From Occultella glacieicola (GTDB taxonomy: Bacteria > Actinomycetota > Actinomycetes > Actinomycetales > Beutenbergiaceae), in NCBI RefSeq assembly GCF_004353825.1, contig NZ_SMNA01000008.1:62001-126000 (forward strand): a stretch of DNA of 64,000 nucleotides, in the 5' to 3' direction. The notes under the pieces were generated by a model. The model saw nothing but the letters and a program-made list of their open reading frames with translations. It made no database searches and was not told the origin of the DNA. The position numbers and the translations under genes are program-made. Below are positions 20,888 to 30,683 of this stretch, piece by piece. How positions within the stretch are numbered: position 1 is the first letter of the stretch; every line of letters starts with the position of its first letter.

Positions 20888-21793
20888 GTGCCGAACCTGG
20901 ATTTGCCCGTGGTGGCCGTGGTGGGTCCGACCGCCAGCGGCAAGTCCGACCTCGCCCTGGATCTGGCCGAGGCCCTCGGTGCCGAGATCATCAACGCCGA
21001 CGCCATGCAGCTCTACCGCGGCATGGACATCGGCACCGCGAAGTTGCGCCCGGAGGAGCGTCGCGGCATCGCCCACCACCAGCTGGACGTGCTCGAGGTG
21101 GACACCGACGCCACCGTGGCCGCCTACCAGACGCACGCCCGCGCCGACCTGGCCGACATCGCCGAGCGCGGCCACGCCGTCGTCGTGGTCGGCGGCTCCG
21201 GACTGTACGTGCGTGCGCTGCTGGACGACCTGACCTTTCCCGGCACCGACGAGGCGATCCGGTCCGCGCTCGAGGAGCGCGCCGAGACCGAGGGGCCCGG
21301 GGTGCTGCACCGCGAGCTCGAGGCTGCGGACCCGGTCGCGGCGGCCCGGATCGACCGCCGCAACGCCCGCCGGATCATTCGGGCGCTCGAGGTCATCGCC
21401 ATCACCGGCGCGCCGTACTCGGCGAACCTGCCGAGCCACGACTCCCACATCCCGGCCGTGCACGTCGGGGTGGACTGGCCGCGGCCGGTCCTGCACGAGC
21501 GCATCGACGCGAGAGCGCGGCAGATGTTCGACGGCGGACTGCTCGCCGAGACGCAAGGCCTCCTCGAGCGGGGGCTGGAGAGGGGCCGAACCGCCCGCCG
21601 TGCGGTCGGCTACGCGCAGGCGCTGGCGGTGCTGCGCGGGGAGACGGACGTGGCGACGGCGGTCGCCGACACCGCGCAGGCCACCCGCCAACTGGCCCGC
21701 CGGCAGATGACCTGGTTCCGGCGCGATCCCCGCATCGCCTGGCTCGCCCCGGGCCCCGATCTGGCCGGGCGGGCCCGTAGGCTGCTGTCATGA
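20888..21793 (+). CDS. miaA: tRNA dimethylallyltransferase
   Basis: GPTASGKS, DAMQLYRGMDIGTAK, VGGSGLY, ARRQMTWF. Confidence 0.97.
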   Translation: MPNLDLPVVAVVGPTASGKSDLALDLAEALGAEIINADAMQLYRGMDIGTAKLRPEERRGIAHHQLDVLEVDTDATVAAYQTHARADLADIAERGHAVVVVGGSGLYVRALLDDLTFPGTDEAIRSALEERAETEGPGVLHRELEAADPVAAARIDRRNARRIIRALEVIAITGAPYSANLPSHDSHIPAVHVGVDWPRPVLHERIDARARQMFDGGLLAETQGLLERGLERGRTARRAVGYAQALAVLRGETDVATAVADTAQATRQLARRQMTWFRRDPRIAWLAPGPDLAGRARRLLS

Positions 21794-22740
21794 CTTCACC
21801 TGTTGCGGCGACCGTGCACACCTTCGTCAAGGGCCACGGGACCGGCAACGACTTCCTGCTGTATGCCGACCCCGACGGCGCCGCCCCGCTCAGCACGAGC
21901 GAGGTGGCTGCGCTCGCCGACCGGCACACCGGCATCGGCGCGGACGGTGTCATCCGCGCGGTGCGCAGCGCCGCGATCACCGACGGCGCAGCCGGGGCCG
22001 GTGCCACCGGGCGGGAGCCGGCGGCGTTGTGGTTCATGGACTACCTGAACGCGGACGGCTCCGTCGCCGAGATGTGCGGCAACGGGATCCGGGTGTTCGT
22101 CGCCTTCCTCCGGCACGCCGGGCTGCTCGCCCTGGGCGACGGGGACACCGTGCAGGTCGCCACCCGGGCCGGGGTACTCGGCGTGCGCCGGGAGGGTGCG
22201 GCCTACGCGGCGGACCTGGGCCTGTGGAGCGCCCCGGGCGGCACCGAGGCACTCGCCCAAGGGTTCGACGTCAGCGTCGCGGTGGCCGGCCTCGACGAGC
22301 CTCGACCGGGCCTGCGGCTCGACCTGCCCAACCCGCACACCGTGATCGCCCTGGAGGAGCTCGAGCAGCTCGAGGCGCTCGATCTCACCCAGGCCCCGAT
22401 CGTGGAACCGGCGCCGGCCCACGGCACCAACGTGGAGTTCGTGGTGCCGCTCGGGGAGCGTGAGGTGGACGTCGTCGACCGGACCGGGGCCGTGATCGGC
22501 TCGAAGACCGTTGGCGTGGTCCGGATGCGGGTGCACGAGCGCGGGGTGGGCGAGACCCTCTCCTGCGGGACCGGGGCGTGCGCCGCCGCGCTCGCGGTGC
22601 GCACCTGGTTCGGCGCGGGTGCCCCGCAGGAATGGATCGTGCAGGTCCCGGGCGGAGAACTGCGGGTGCGGATGCTGCCCGAGGACCACGTGGAACTGGC
22701 CGGACCGGCCGAGCTCGTGGGCGAGTTCCGGACGATCTGA
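21790..22740 (+). CDS. dapF: Diaminopimelate epimerase
   Basis: KGHGTGNDF, EMCGNG, ERGVGETLSCGTG. Confidence 0.96.
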   Translation: MTSPVAATVHTFVKGHGTGNDFLLYADPDGAAPLSTSEVAALADRHTGIGADGVIRAVRSAAITDGAAGAGATGREPAALWFMDYLNADGSVAEMCGNGIRVFVAFLRHAGLLALGDGDTVQVATRAGVLGVRREGAAYAADLGLWSAPGGTEALAQGFDVSVAVAGLDEPRPGLRLDLPNPHTVIALEELEQLEALDLTQAPIVEPAPAHGTNVEFVVPLGEREVDVVDRTGAVIGSKTVGVVRMRVHERGVGETLSCGTGACAAALAVRTWFGAGAPQEWIVQVPGGELRVRMLPEDHVELAGPAELVGEFRTI

Positions 22741-22841
22741 GCCGACGCCGTCGGGCGGGCCCCGGTGAGTTCCGACGGTGGCGGCGGTCCAACGAAACCG
22801 GACCGAGCCTTTCGGTCTGCGACCGAACAGAGGGTGGGCCC

Positions 22842-23384
22842 ATGAACGACCTGATCTACTCGGCGACGATGTCCGCCGACGGCTACATCGCGGGACCGGG
22901 AGGCGACATGTCCTGGCTCGGCCCGTTCACCGGCGCCGACACCGCCGCCGACGAACTCGCGGCCCGGACCGGGGCGCTGCTGGTCGGCAACACCACCTAT
23001 GGCGGTGACGACCCCAACGAAGGTACCGACGCCGAGGGAGCGTTCGGGGGCACCTGGCACGGTCCACAGTTCGTCCTCACCCATCGCCCACCGACGACCG
23101 CGGCCCCCGACGTGACCTTCACCGATGACCTCGAGTGGGCGGTCGGCGCGGCGCGGGCGGCGGCGGGGGAGCGGGACGTCAACGTACTCGGCGCCGACGT
23201 AGCGCGGCAGTGTCTCGAGCTGGGCCTGTTGGACGAGGTGGTCGTGTTCGTGGTCCCGGTGCTGCTCGGGGACGGCGTGCGGCTCTTCGACCGGCCCGGC
23301 GGCCGACCGGTGCGCCTGGAGCACATCGCGCGGAGCACCGAGGCGGAGTCGACGTACCTACGGATGCGGGTGCTCAAGGACTGA
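22842..23384 (+). CDS. Dihydrofolate reductase / RibD C-terminal family protein
   Basis: MSADGYIAGP, GLLDEVVVFVVPVLLGDGVRLF. Confidence 0.85.
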   Translation: MNDLIYSATMSADGYIAGPGGDMSWLGPFTGADTAADELAARTGALLVGNTTYGGDDPNEGTDAEGAFGGTWHGPQFVLTHRPPTTAAPDVTFTDDLEWAVGAARAAAGERDVNVLGADVARQCLELGLLDEVVVFVVPVLLGDGVRLFDRPGGRPVRLEHIARSTEAESTYLRMRVLKD

Positions 23385-23396
23385 GGGTGCAGGCCC

Positions 23397-23996
23397 TCAG
23401 CGCACGGTCAGGACCCGGAAACCGTTCACGCTGGTCAGCCTGGTCACGTCCCGGCCCAGCTCCGCCGCGATCCACCGCTGCAGCGAATCGGAGCCGAGGT
23501 TGCGCTGCACCACCAGCTGTGCCCGGGCGCCCGGGGTCAGGCGTGGCAGCCAGGTCCGCAGGATCTCGTGCAGCGCCGCCTTGCCGATCCGGATCGGCGG
23601 ATTGGACCAGAGCGCGTCCAGGCGTAGGTCCGGCTCTGCGGCGAGGAGGTCCTCGGGCAGGTGCGTCTCGACGTTCGTCAGGCCGAGCCGGGTGGCGTTG
23701 TCGGCCGTGAGGGCGAGGGCCCTCTCGTTGACGTCGACCGCGAGCACCCGCGCCTCGGGGGAGGCGAGGGCCATCGCGATCGCGATCGGCCCCCAGCCGC
23801 AGCCGAGGTCCAGCAGCGTGCCGGTCGCGGGCGGATCCTCGACGGCGTCCAGCAGAACCGTGGTGCCCGGGTCCAGCCGGTCCCCGGAGAAGACGCCGGC
23901 GGCGGTCTCCAGCCGGACGCGGTGACCCCGGATCGGGACCTCGATCTCGCGGCGTCGCTCCGGCCCGCTCGGCGTGACCGAGAAGTAGTGGGACAC
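23397..23996 (-). CDS. Class I SAM methyltransferase (RsmC/MTS-like)
   Basis: SHYFS start, GVFSGDRLDPGT, LDLGCGWG, SNPPIRIGK. Confidence 0.88.
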   Translation of the reverse strand: MSHYFSVTPSGPERRREIEVPIRGHRVRLETAAGVFSGDRLDPGTTVLLDAVEDPPATGTLLDLGCGWGPIAIAMALASPEARVLAVDVNERALALTADNATRLGLTNVETHLPEDLLAAEPDLRLDALWSNPPIRIGKAALHEILRTWLPRLTPGARAQLVVQRNLGSDSLQRWIAAELGRDVTRLTSVNGFRVLTVR

Positions 23997-24242
23997 GGCA
24001 CGAGCGTAGTGCCCGCCCGGTCCGTCGGGCGCCGCCCGGCCCACTGGTCCGTCCAGGGCGGCGTGGGTCGTCGAGCCAGCGACCGCCGCCCGGCGTGCCG
24101 ACGGGCCGCCACCTCCGGAACGGTTGGGCCCGGTGGTCCCAGCCTGTGGTTGGGGTGTCATCGGGGGTGCGTTTTGGGGCCTGGGTGGGGTGGTTTGAGG
24201 GCCCGATTTCCCGTATCCACAACAAAAATCTGGATCTTGCAA

Positions 24243-24292
24243 TGTCGGAGGTGCGGTCTAGTGTTGGCAGCAGTAATCGAACATGCGTCCGA
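24243..24292 (+). promoter_or_regulatory. PafBC-type promoter followed by a LexA box upstream of the DUF222/HNH gene
   Basis: TGTCGG-N10-TAGTGT (24243-24264); TCGAAC-ATGC-GTCCGA (24277-24292, one mismatch). Confidence 0.75.
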
Positions 24293-24339
24293 GACTGGGT
24301 GAGGTTCGGACCCACAAGCCCGACGGGAGGTGAGCATCC

Positions 24340-26598
24340 ATGGACGACACCACAACCACCGGCACCGGGGCCGGTGGGGTGTCGGGTGTGGGTGTGGCGC
24401 TCGCGTCCCGTGCGCATCTGCCCCTGAGTGAGCTGCTGACCGGTTCGCTGGAGGACCAGCTTGTCGCGTTGGAGGCGTTGACCGCGACGATCAATCTTCT
24501 CGATCCGGTCGAGGAGTCCGATCGGTACGGGTCCAGGTTCCTGGGTGGGGCTGCGGCCCGCGCTCACAGGGTCACCGAGGCCCTGACCGGTGCGGTGCTG
24601 GACTGGATGGGCGCCGAGCAGGAGGCCGGGACCTGGGACACCTCCGGCCGGTTCCGCACCTACCCCCACTTCGTCGCGACGACCTACGGGATCTCCGGGG
24701 CCACCGCGCGAGGTCTGGTCTCGTTGGGGACCGGGCTGCGCAACGGTCTGCCCGCGACCCGGCGGCGGTTGCGGTCGGGCCTGATCGGGCTGGACCAGGC
24801 CCAGATCATGCTCAAGACCACCACCACCCAAGCCACCGCCGACGCCCTCCAACTACCCTCCACCCCCGAGAGCGACGGGAACCCCACCGCCGGCACCGGT
24901 GGCACCGGGACTGCCGACTCGCCGGATCCAGATGGTGTGGACAACGCCGAGGGCTCGGTGGGCGTAGATGCCCCCGCTGGCACCGACACACCGGGCACCG
25001 ACGGCACCCACGCGTCGGGCAGTGACGCGCCGGGCAGCGACGTGGCCGTCGGGGCTGTGGGCGTGGGGCGGGTGTCGACGGTGGAGGAGCTCTTGCTCGA
25101 GCACGCCGCGACCCGGCCCCCGGAGGAGTTGCGCCGGTTGGTCAACCACTTCGTGCAGATCGCCGACCCCGACACCACCGATACCGCGCACCGAGCCGCC
25201 TCCGACCGCGAACACCTCACCATCGACCGCACCCTCGGCGGCTACCACGTCGAAGGATTCTTGACGTTGGAGCACGGTCAGTACATCCGCACCGCCCTGG
25301 AAGCACTCATGGGCCCACCCGCAGCCGCAGAGACCCGCACCTCCTCCCAACGCCGCGCCCAAGCCCTCGCCGACCTGGCCCACTTCGCCCTGGACCAGGG
25401 CAAGGTCGGCACCAGCGCCAGCGTCCGCCCCCACCTCGGCGTCCTGATCACCACCCCCGAATTCCTCAACCTCATCAACACCACCGAAACCCAGACACCA
25501 GCCCCGACCAACCCGACCGGCACACCCGACGCGGCCGGCACCGCCGCGGCCGGTGCGGCACCGGTGGCCGACCCCCTGCCCGGACTCGACCCCACCAGCC
25601 CGACCGAGGCTCCCACGCAAACACCCGAGTCCCCGACCGGCCCCGACGGGACAGCTGCGCCCACGCCCGTCCCGCCTGCCGCCGACGCCGCGGCTCCAGC
25701 AGGCCCGACCGAGGCGCCCAGCCAAGCACCCGGGCCCGCGACCGGTCTCGACGGGACAGTTGCGCCCACGCCCGCCCCGCCTGCCGCGGCTGCAGTAGGC
25801 CCGATCGAGGCTCCCACCCAAACACCCGAGCTCGCGCCGGGCCACGACGGCACAGCTGCGCCCACGCCCGGCCCGCCTGCCGCGGCTGCCGCCGACGCCG
25901 CGACTCCAGCCAGCCCGACCGAGGCTCCCACCCAAACACCCGAGCCCGCGACCAGCACCAACGGGACAGCTGCGCCCACGCCCGGCCCGCCTGCGGCCGC
26001 TGCCGCGGACGCCCCGACTCCAGCAGGCCCGAGCGACGCTCCCACACAAACACCCGAGCCCCCGACCAGCCACAACGGCACAACTGCGCCCACGGCCGCC
26101 CCGCCCGCTACCGGCGCACCCACGCCCACTCCCGCCACCGCTCCTGCCGCTCCTGCCACCAAGGACTGGCCCGGGATACTCACCCGCGGACCCGCGACCT
26201 TCACCGACAACACCGGCCCAGTACCCCGCGACCTGCTCGAGCGGATCATCAACTGCTCCGGCGAGGTCTACCGGATAATCTTCAGCCCCGACAACGAGGT
26301 CATCAACCACGGCCGCGCGCACCGGCTGTTCACCCCCTCCCAACGCCGAGCCCTCATCACCCGGGACCGCCACTGCACCGCACCCGACTGCACCGTCCCA
26401 CCCGAACGCACCGAGTCCCACCACGCCCGATGGTGGAGCAACGGCGGCGACACCGACCTCGACCAAGCCGCACTCCTGTGCTACTACCACCACCGCTGGG
26501 TCCACACCCACAACATCACCATGACCCGACAAGCCGGCCGCTGGCACTTCTACCGACACGACGGCACCGAGATCCACCCCACGAACCCCACCTGGTGA
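24340..26598 (+). CDS. DUF222 / HNH endonuclease (13E12-repeat-like) protein with a Pro/Thr/Ala repeat insert
   Basis: RTSSQRRAQALADL, RPHLGVLIT, GRAHRLFTPSQRRALITRDRHCTAPDC...HH...GGDTDLDQAALLCYYHHRWVH. Confidence 0.88.
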   Translation: MDDTTTTGTGAGGVSGVGVALASRAHLPLSELLTGSLEDQLVALEALTATINLLDPVEESDRYGSRFLGGAAARAHRVTEALTGAVLDWMGAEQEAGTWDTSGRFRTYPHFVATTYGISGATARGLVSLGTGLRNGLPATRRRLRSGLIGLDQAQIMLKTTTTQATADALQLPSTPESDGNPTAGTGGTGTADSPDPDGVDNAEGSVGVDAPAGTDTPGTDGTHASGSDAPGSDVAVGAVGVGRVSTVEELLLEHAATRPPEELRRLVNHFVQIADPDTTDTAHRAASDREHLTIDRTLGGYHVEGFLTLEHGQYIRTALEALMGPPAAAETRTSSQRRAQALADLAHFALDQGKVGTSASVRPHLGVLITTPEFLNLINTTETQTPAPTNPTGTPDAAGTAAAGAAPVADPLPGLDPTSPTEAPTQTPESPTGPDGTAAPTPVPPAADAAAPAGPTEAPSQAPGPATGLDGTVAPTPAPPAAAAVGPIEAPTQTPELAPGHDGTAAPTPGPPAAAAADAATPASPTEAPTQTPEPATSTNGTAAPTPGPPAAAAADAPTPAGPSDAPTQTPEPPTSHNGTTAPTAAPPATGAPTPTPATAPAAPATKDWPGILTRGPATFTDNTGPVPRDLLERIINCSGEVYRIIFSPDNEVINHGRAHRLFTPSQRRALITRDRHCTAPDCTVPPERTESHHARWWSNGGDTDLDQAALLCYYHHRWVHTHNITMTRQAGRWHFYRHDGTEIHPTNPTW
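25600..26110 (+). repeat. Five imperfect in-frame tandem repeats (96-114 bp)
   Basis: Units start at 25600, 25705, 25801, 25915 and 26029 (CCGACCGAGGCTCCCAC-CAAACACCCGAG...) and encode PTEAPTQTPE...GTAAPTP.PPAA. Confidence 0.9.
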
Positions 26599-26739
26599 TG
26601 GGGAACCCACCATGGCAGTGAGGGCGTCGGGCCTGGGTCATTGGCCGGAACCGCGGAGCCTCTGCCCGCGGGGCCGGCCGGTCCGATCGGCCGGAGCGCA
26701 CCTGCGGGCAGGCGCCCCAGCGACGTCGCGGCTCTCAGC

Positions 26740-26776
26740 GAAATCACTTGGGATCAAGGTCCCTGCGTGCCACCAT
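26740..26776 (+). promoter_or_regulatory. WhiB7/WblC-like promoter of hflX
   Basis: GAAATC-AC-TTGGGA-N17-CACCAT. Confidence 0.55.
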
Positions 26777-26808
26777 TGATGTATCAGATTCACCGAGCAA
26801 AGGACACC

Positions 26809-28323
26809 ATGACCGAACGCACCGCCCCGACGACCCCCCGTAGCGACGCACCCCACGGCGACGACGCCCAGGACCGCGCGCAGGACGTCGTCGCACGTAT
26901 CCTGGCTCGGGCGGGCACGGCCATCCAGACGAGCGACGACGGGCCCGGCGACTACGACGGCGAGCAGTTCGACGTCGAGGACCGCTCGGCCCTGCGGCGG
27001 GTGGCCGGCCTGTCCACCGAACTCGAGGACGTCACCGAGGTCGAGTACCGGCAACTCCGGCTGGAGCGCGTCGTGCTCGTCGGCCTGTGGAGCACCGGCA
27101 CCGCCGAGGCCGCGGAGGTCTCGCTGCGCGAACTCGCCGCCCTCGCCGAGACCGCCGGCTCCGAGGTCCTCGACGGACTCCTGCAGCGGCGCAGCGCGCC
27201 GGACCCGGGGACCTACCTGGGCTCCGGCAAGGCGCGCGAGCTCGCCGACCTGGTCGCCTCCACCGGCGCCGACACCGTGATCGTCGACTCCGAGCTCGCC
27301 CCGTCCCAGCGCCGCGCCCTGGAGGACGTGGTCAAGGTCAAGGTCATCGACCGCACCGCCCTGATCCTGGACATCTTCGCCCAGCACGCCCAGTCCCGGG
27401 AGGGCAAGGCGCAGGTGGAGCTCGCCCAGCTCGAGTACCTGCTCCCGCGTCTGCGTGGTTGGGGTGAGTCGATGTCCCGTCAGGCCGGTGGTCGGGTCGC
27501 CGGCGGCGCCGGGATCGGTTCCCGTGGCCCCGGTGAGACGAAGATCGAGCTCGACCGGCGCCGGATCCGCACCCGGACGGCCAAGCTGCGCCGCCAGATC
27601 AAGGCCATGGCACCGTCGCGCGCCACCCGCAGGCACTCCCGCCGCGCGGGCGCGGTCCCGTCGGTCGCGATCGCCGGCTACACGAACGCGGGCAAGTCCT
27701 CGCTGCTGAACCGGCTCACCGGCGCCGGTGTCCTCGTCCAGAACGCGCTGTTCGCGACCCTGGACCCGACCGTCCGGCGCGCCGAGACCCCGGACGGGCG
27801 TACCTACACCCTCGCGGACACCGTCGGGTTCGTGCGGAACCTGCCCACCGAGCTCGTCGAGGCGTTCCGGTCCACCCTTGAGGAGGTCGCCCAGGCCGAC
27901 GTCATCGTGCATGTCGTGGACGCTTCCCACCCCGACCCGGAGGGGCAGCTCGACGCGGTCCGGTCGGTGCTCCGCGACATCGAGGGCGCCTCCGACATCC
28001 CCGAGCTCGTCGCTTTGAACAAGGCCGACCTCGCCGAGCCCGAGACCATCGCGCGCCTGCGCACCCGGGTGCCGGACGCCGTCGCCGTGTCCGCCCGCAC
28101 GGGTGCGGGCATCGAGGAACTGCGTGAGGCGATCGCGCAACTGCTGCCGCACCCCGCGGTGCACGTTGACGTGGTGGTGCCCTACCAGCGCGGAGACCTG
28201 GTGCACCGTGCCCACGTCCACGGGGAGGTGCTCGCGGAGGAGCACACCGAGACTGGGACCCGGCTGGTGGCGCGCGTCGATTCCGAGCTCGCGGCGGCGC
28301 TCGCGGACGCCGTCGCCAGTTGA
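26809..28323 (+). CDS. hflX: Ribosome-splitting GTPase HflX
   Basis: ILDIFAQHA, GPGETKIELDRR, GYTNAGKS, DTVGF, NKAD; RBS AAAGGA. Confidence 0.97.
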   Translation: MTERTAPTTPRSDAPHGDDAQDRAQDVVARILARAGTAIQTSDDGPGDYDGEQFDVEDRSALRRVAGLSTELEDVTEVEYRQLRLERVVLVGLWSTGTAEAAEVSLRELAALAETAGSEVLDGLLQRRSAPDPGTYLGSGKARELADLVASTGADTVIVDSELAPSQRRALEDVVKVKVIDRTALILDIFAQHAQSREGKAQVELAQLEYLLPRLRGWGESMSRQAGGRVAGGAGIGSRGPGETKIELDRRRIRTRTAKLRRQIKAMAPSRATRRHSRRAGAVPSVAIAGYTNAGKSSLLNRLTGAGVLVQNALFATLDPTVRRAETPDGRTYTLADTVGFVRNLPTELVEAFRSTLEEVAQADVIVHVVDASHPDPEGQLDAVRSVLRDIEGASDIPELVALNKADLAEPETIARLRTRVPDAVAVSARTGAGIEELREAIAQLLPHPAVHVDVVVPYQRGDLVHRAHVHGEVLAEEHTETGTRLVARVDSELAAALADAVAS

Positions 28324-28439
28324 CCGAGCCCTGATCGCACCCGTCCCGAGCCGGGTCAGGCCGCGTTCGTGGCGATGTCGTCCACAAGGCGGAGCGCCGC
28401 AGCGACGGCCTGGCCGGGCGGCGCGATACCGTCGAGGAC

Positions 28440-30581
28440 GTGCCTGCCGACCCCACCGCGACCGATCCCGACGATGCCCCGACCGTGACGAAGGACAGGT
28501 CGGCCGGCGCTGTCGAGGACGGGGCCACCGTGGGCGATGGCGACGCTTCCGAGGACGCCGGGAGTACCCCGGCCCCGGCTGGACGCATCGGCTCCGGCCG
28601 ACCGACGCCGTCGGACATCGACGCGGTCCTCGACGCGGTCGTCGCCTCCATGGGTGGCGCCCGCCGGGAGGGCCAGCACGAAATGGCCCGGGCCGTGACC
28701 GAGGCGCTCGACGGGACCGAGCACCTGCTCGTCCAGGCCGGCACCGGCACGGGCAAGTCCCTCGCGTACCTCGTGCCCACCCTGGTCAACGCGGTCGCCA
28801 CCGGCGAGCGGGCGATCGTCTCGACGGCCACCCTCGCGCTCCAGCGGCAGGTGATCGGCCACGACCTGCCCCTGGTGGCCGACATCCTCAAGGACGCGCT
28901 GCCCCGGGAGCCCACCGTCGCGCTCCTGAAGGGCTGGCACAACTACCTCTGCCTGCACAAGATCGCCGGCGGCTACCCGGCCGAGGACGACTCGGCGCTG
29001 TTCGCTGAGGCACTGGTGGCGCCGTCGGCCGCCGAGGAGCACCCGCGGGAACAGGACGACTCGCTCGGCGCGCAGGTGGTCCGGGTCCGCGCCTGGGCCG
29101 AGGAGACCACGAGCGGCGACCGCGACGAACTCTTCCCCGGGATCAGCGACAAGGCGTGGCGACAGGTGTCGATCACGTCGATGGAGTGCCTGGGCCAGCG
29201 GTGCCCGCTGCTCGCGGACTGCTTCCCGGAGAAGGCGAAGGCCGCCTCCCGGGAGGCCGATGTCGTGGTCACGAACCACGCGATGCTCGGGATCGCGGCG
29301 TCCGGGTCTCCGAAGGTGCTGCCCGAGCATGAGGTGCTCGTCGTGGACGAGGCGCACGAACTCGCCGACCGGGTGACGGCGCAGTCCACGGTGGAGCTGT
29401 CCGCGTCCTCCGTGGACCGGGCCGCGCGACTCGCCCGCAGGCACGCAGGCCTCGCCCTGCCCGGACTGGATGACGCCGCGAACGCCCTGCGCACCGAACT
29501 CATGGGTGTGCCCGAGGGCCGGCTCCGGTCCGGCATTCCCACGGAGCTGATCGGCACGGTGCGGCTCATCGCGGACGGCGCCCGCGAGGCGATGACCGCG
29601 ATGCGCACCGAGGGCGCCAACGTCAGCGCGGAGCAGGCCGGCGCGAAGAACATGGCCAAGAGCGCGATGCTGATCCTGTTCGAGGTGTGCGACCGGCTCC
29701 TCTCCGAGCGGGTCACGAATCTGCAGGACGTCGTCTGGTGCGAGCGGGGCCGACGCCCAGGGGAGGGCTCGCGGCTCATGGTCGCCCCGTTGAGCGTGTC
29801 CGCCTCGATCAACTCCGAGCTGTTCACCGACCGCGCCGTGGTGCTGACCTCGGCCACGCTCCAGCTCGGCGGCTCGTTCGACGCCACGGCGCGGGCCGTC
29901 GGCCTGCCCGACGGCGGCTACCGCGGCGTGGATGTGGCGTCACCGTTCGACTATGGCAAGCAGGGCATCCTCTACGTCGCGAAGCACCTGCCGGCGCCGG
30001 GCCGGGACGGCACCGACGAGCGGATCCTGACCGAGATCGCCGAACTCGTCGAGGCGGCCGGTGGGCGAACCCTTGGGCTGTTCTCCTCCCGGCGCGGCGC
30101 GCAGCTCGCGGCCGAGGCGATGCGGGATCGGCTCGACACCCCGGTGCTGCTCCAGGGCGAGGACTCGCTGCCGTCCCTGGTGAAGCAGTTCGCCGCGGAC
30201 CCGGCGACGTCCCTGTTCGGCACCCTCTCGCTGTGGCAGGGCGTGGACGTACCCGGGGACTCGTGCCGGCTGGTGCTCATCGACAGGATCCCGTTCCCGC
30301 GCCCGGACGACCCGATCAAGGCGGCCCGGACCGAGGTGGTCGCGGCCCGTGGCGGCAACGGGTTCATGGCCGTCTCGGCCACCCACGCCGCACTCCTGCT
30401 GGCCCAGGGTGCCGGGCGGCTGATCCGGAGCACCACCGACCGGGGGGTGGTGGCCGTTCTCGACCCCCGGCTGCGCACCGCCCGGTACGGCAGCTACCTG
30501 GCCGGGTCGTTGCCACCGCTGTGGCCCACCACCGATCCCGGCCTGGTCCGGGCCGCGCTGCGCCGGCTCGCCGCGAGCTGA
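28440..30581 (+). CDS. dinG: DinG-family ATP-dependent helicase
   Basis: QAGTGTGKS, TATLALQRQ, DEAH, LTSATL, WQGVDVPG, QGAGRLIR; Fe-S cysteines. Confidence 0.92.
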   Translation: MPADPTATDPDDAPTVTKDRSAGAVEDGATVGDGDASEDAGSTPAPAGRIGSGRPTPSDIDAVLDAVVASMGGARREGQHEMARAVTEALDGTEHLLVQAGTGTGKSLAYLVPTLVNAVATGERAIVSTATLALQRQVIGHDLPLVADILKDALPREPTVALLKGWHNYLCLHKIAGGYPAEDDSALFAEALVAPSAAEEHPREQDDSLGAQVVRVRAWAEETTSGDRDELFPGISDKAWRQVSITSMECLGQRCPLLADCFPEKAKAASREADVVVTNHAMLGIAASGSPKVLPEHEVLVVDEAHELADRVTAQSTVELSASSVDRAARLARRHAGLALPGLDDAANALRTELMGVPEGRLRSGIPTELIGTVRLIADGAREAMTAMRTEGANVSAEQAGAKNMAKSAMLILFEVCDRLLSERVTNLQDVVWCERGRRPGEGSRLMVAPLSVSASINSELFTDRAVVLTSATLQLGGSFDATARAVGLPDGGYRGVDVASPFDYGKQGILYVAKHLPAPGRDGTDERILTEIAELVEAAGGRTLGLFSSRRGAQLAAEAMRDRLDTPVLLQGEDSLPSLVKQFAADPATSLFGTLSLWQGVDVPGDSCRLVLIDRIPFPRPDDPIKAARTEVVAARGGNGFMAVSATHAALLLAQGAGRLIRSTTDRGVVAVLDPRLRTARYGSYLAGSLPPLWPTTDPGLVRAALRRLAAS

Positions 30582-30683
30582 GCGTGTCCGCCGGGGGGCG
30601 GATCGCGCAGTTTGTGGCAGAGGGGAGGGCGAGGAGGCCCGGATAGGCTGGCCGCGACCTGCACGCCAGAGAGGACTCCCGTC

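Noticed and set aside
25600..26110. Possible CRISPR array
   Set aside because: Units are in-frame coding repeats with homologous rather than unique spacers; no cas genes
24185..26582. Terminal inverted repeat GTGGGGTGG / CCACCCCAC around the HNH gene
   Set aside because: Only 9 bp of low complexity, one copy lies inside the CDS, and no target duplication is seen
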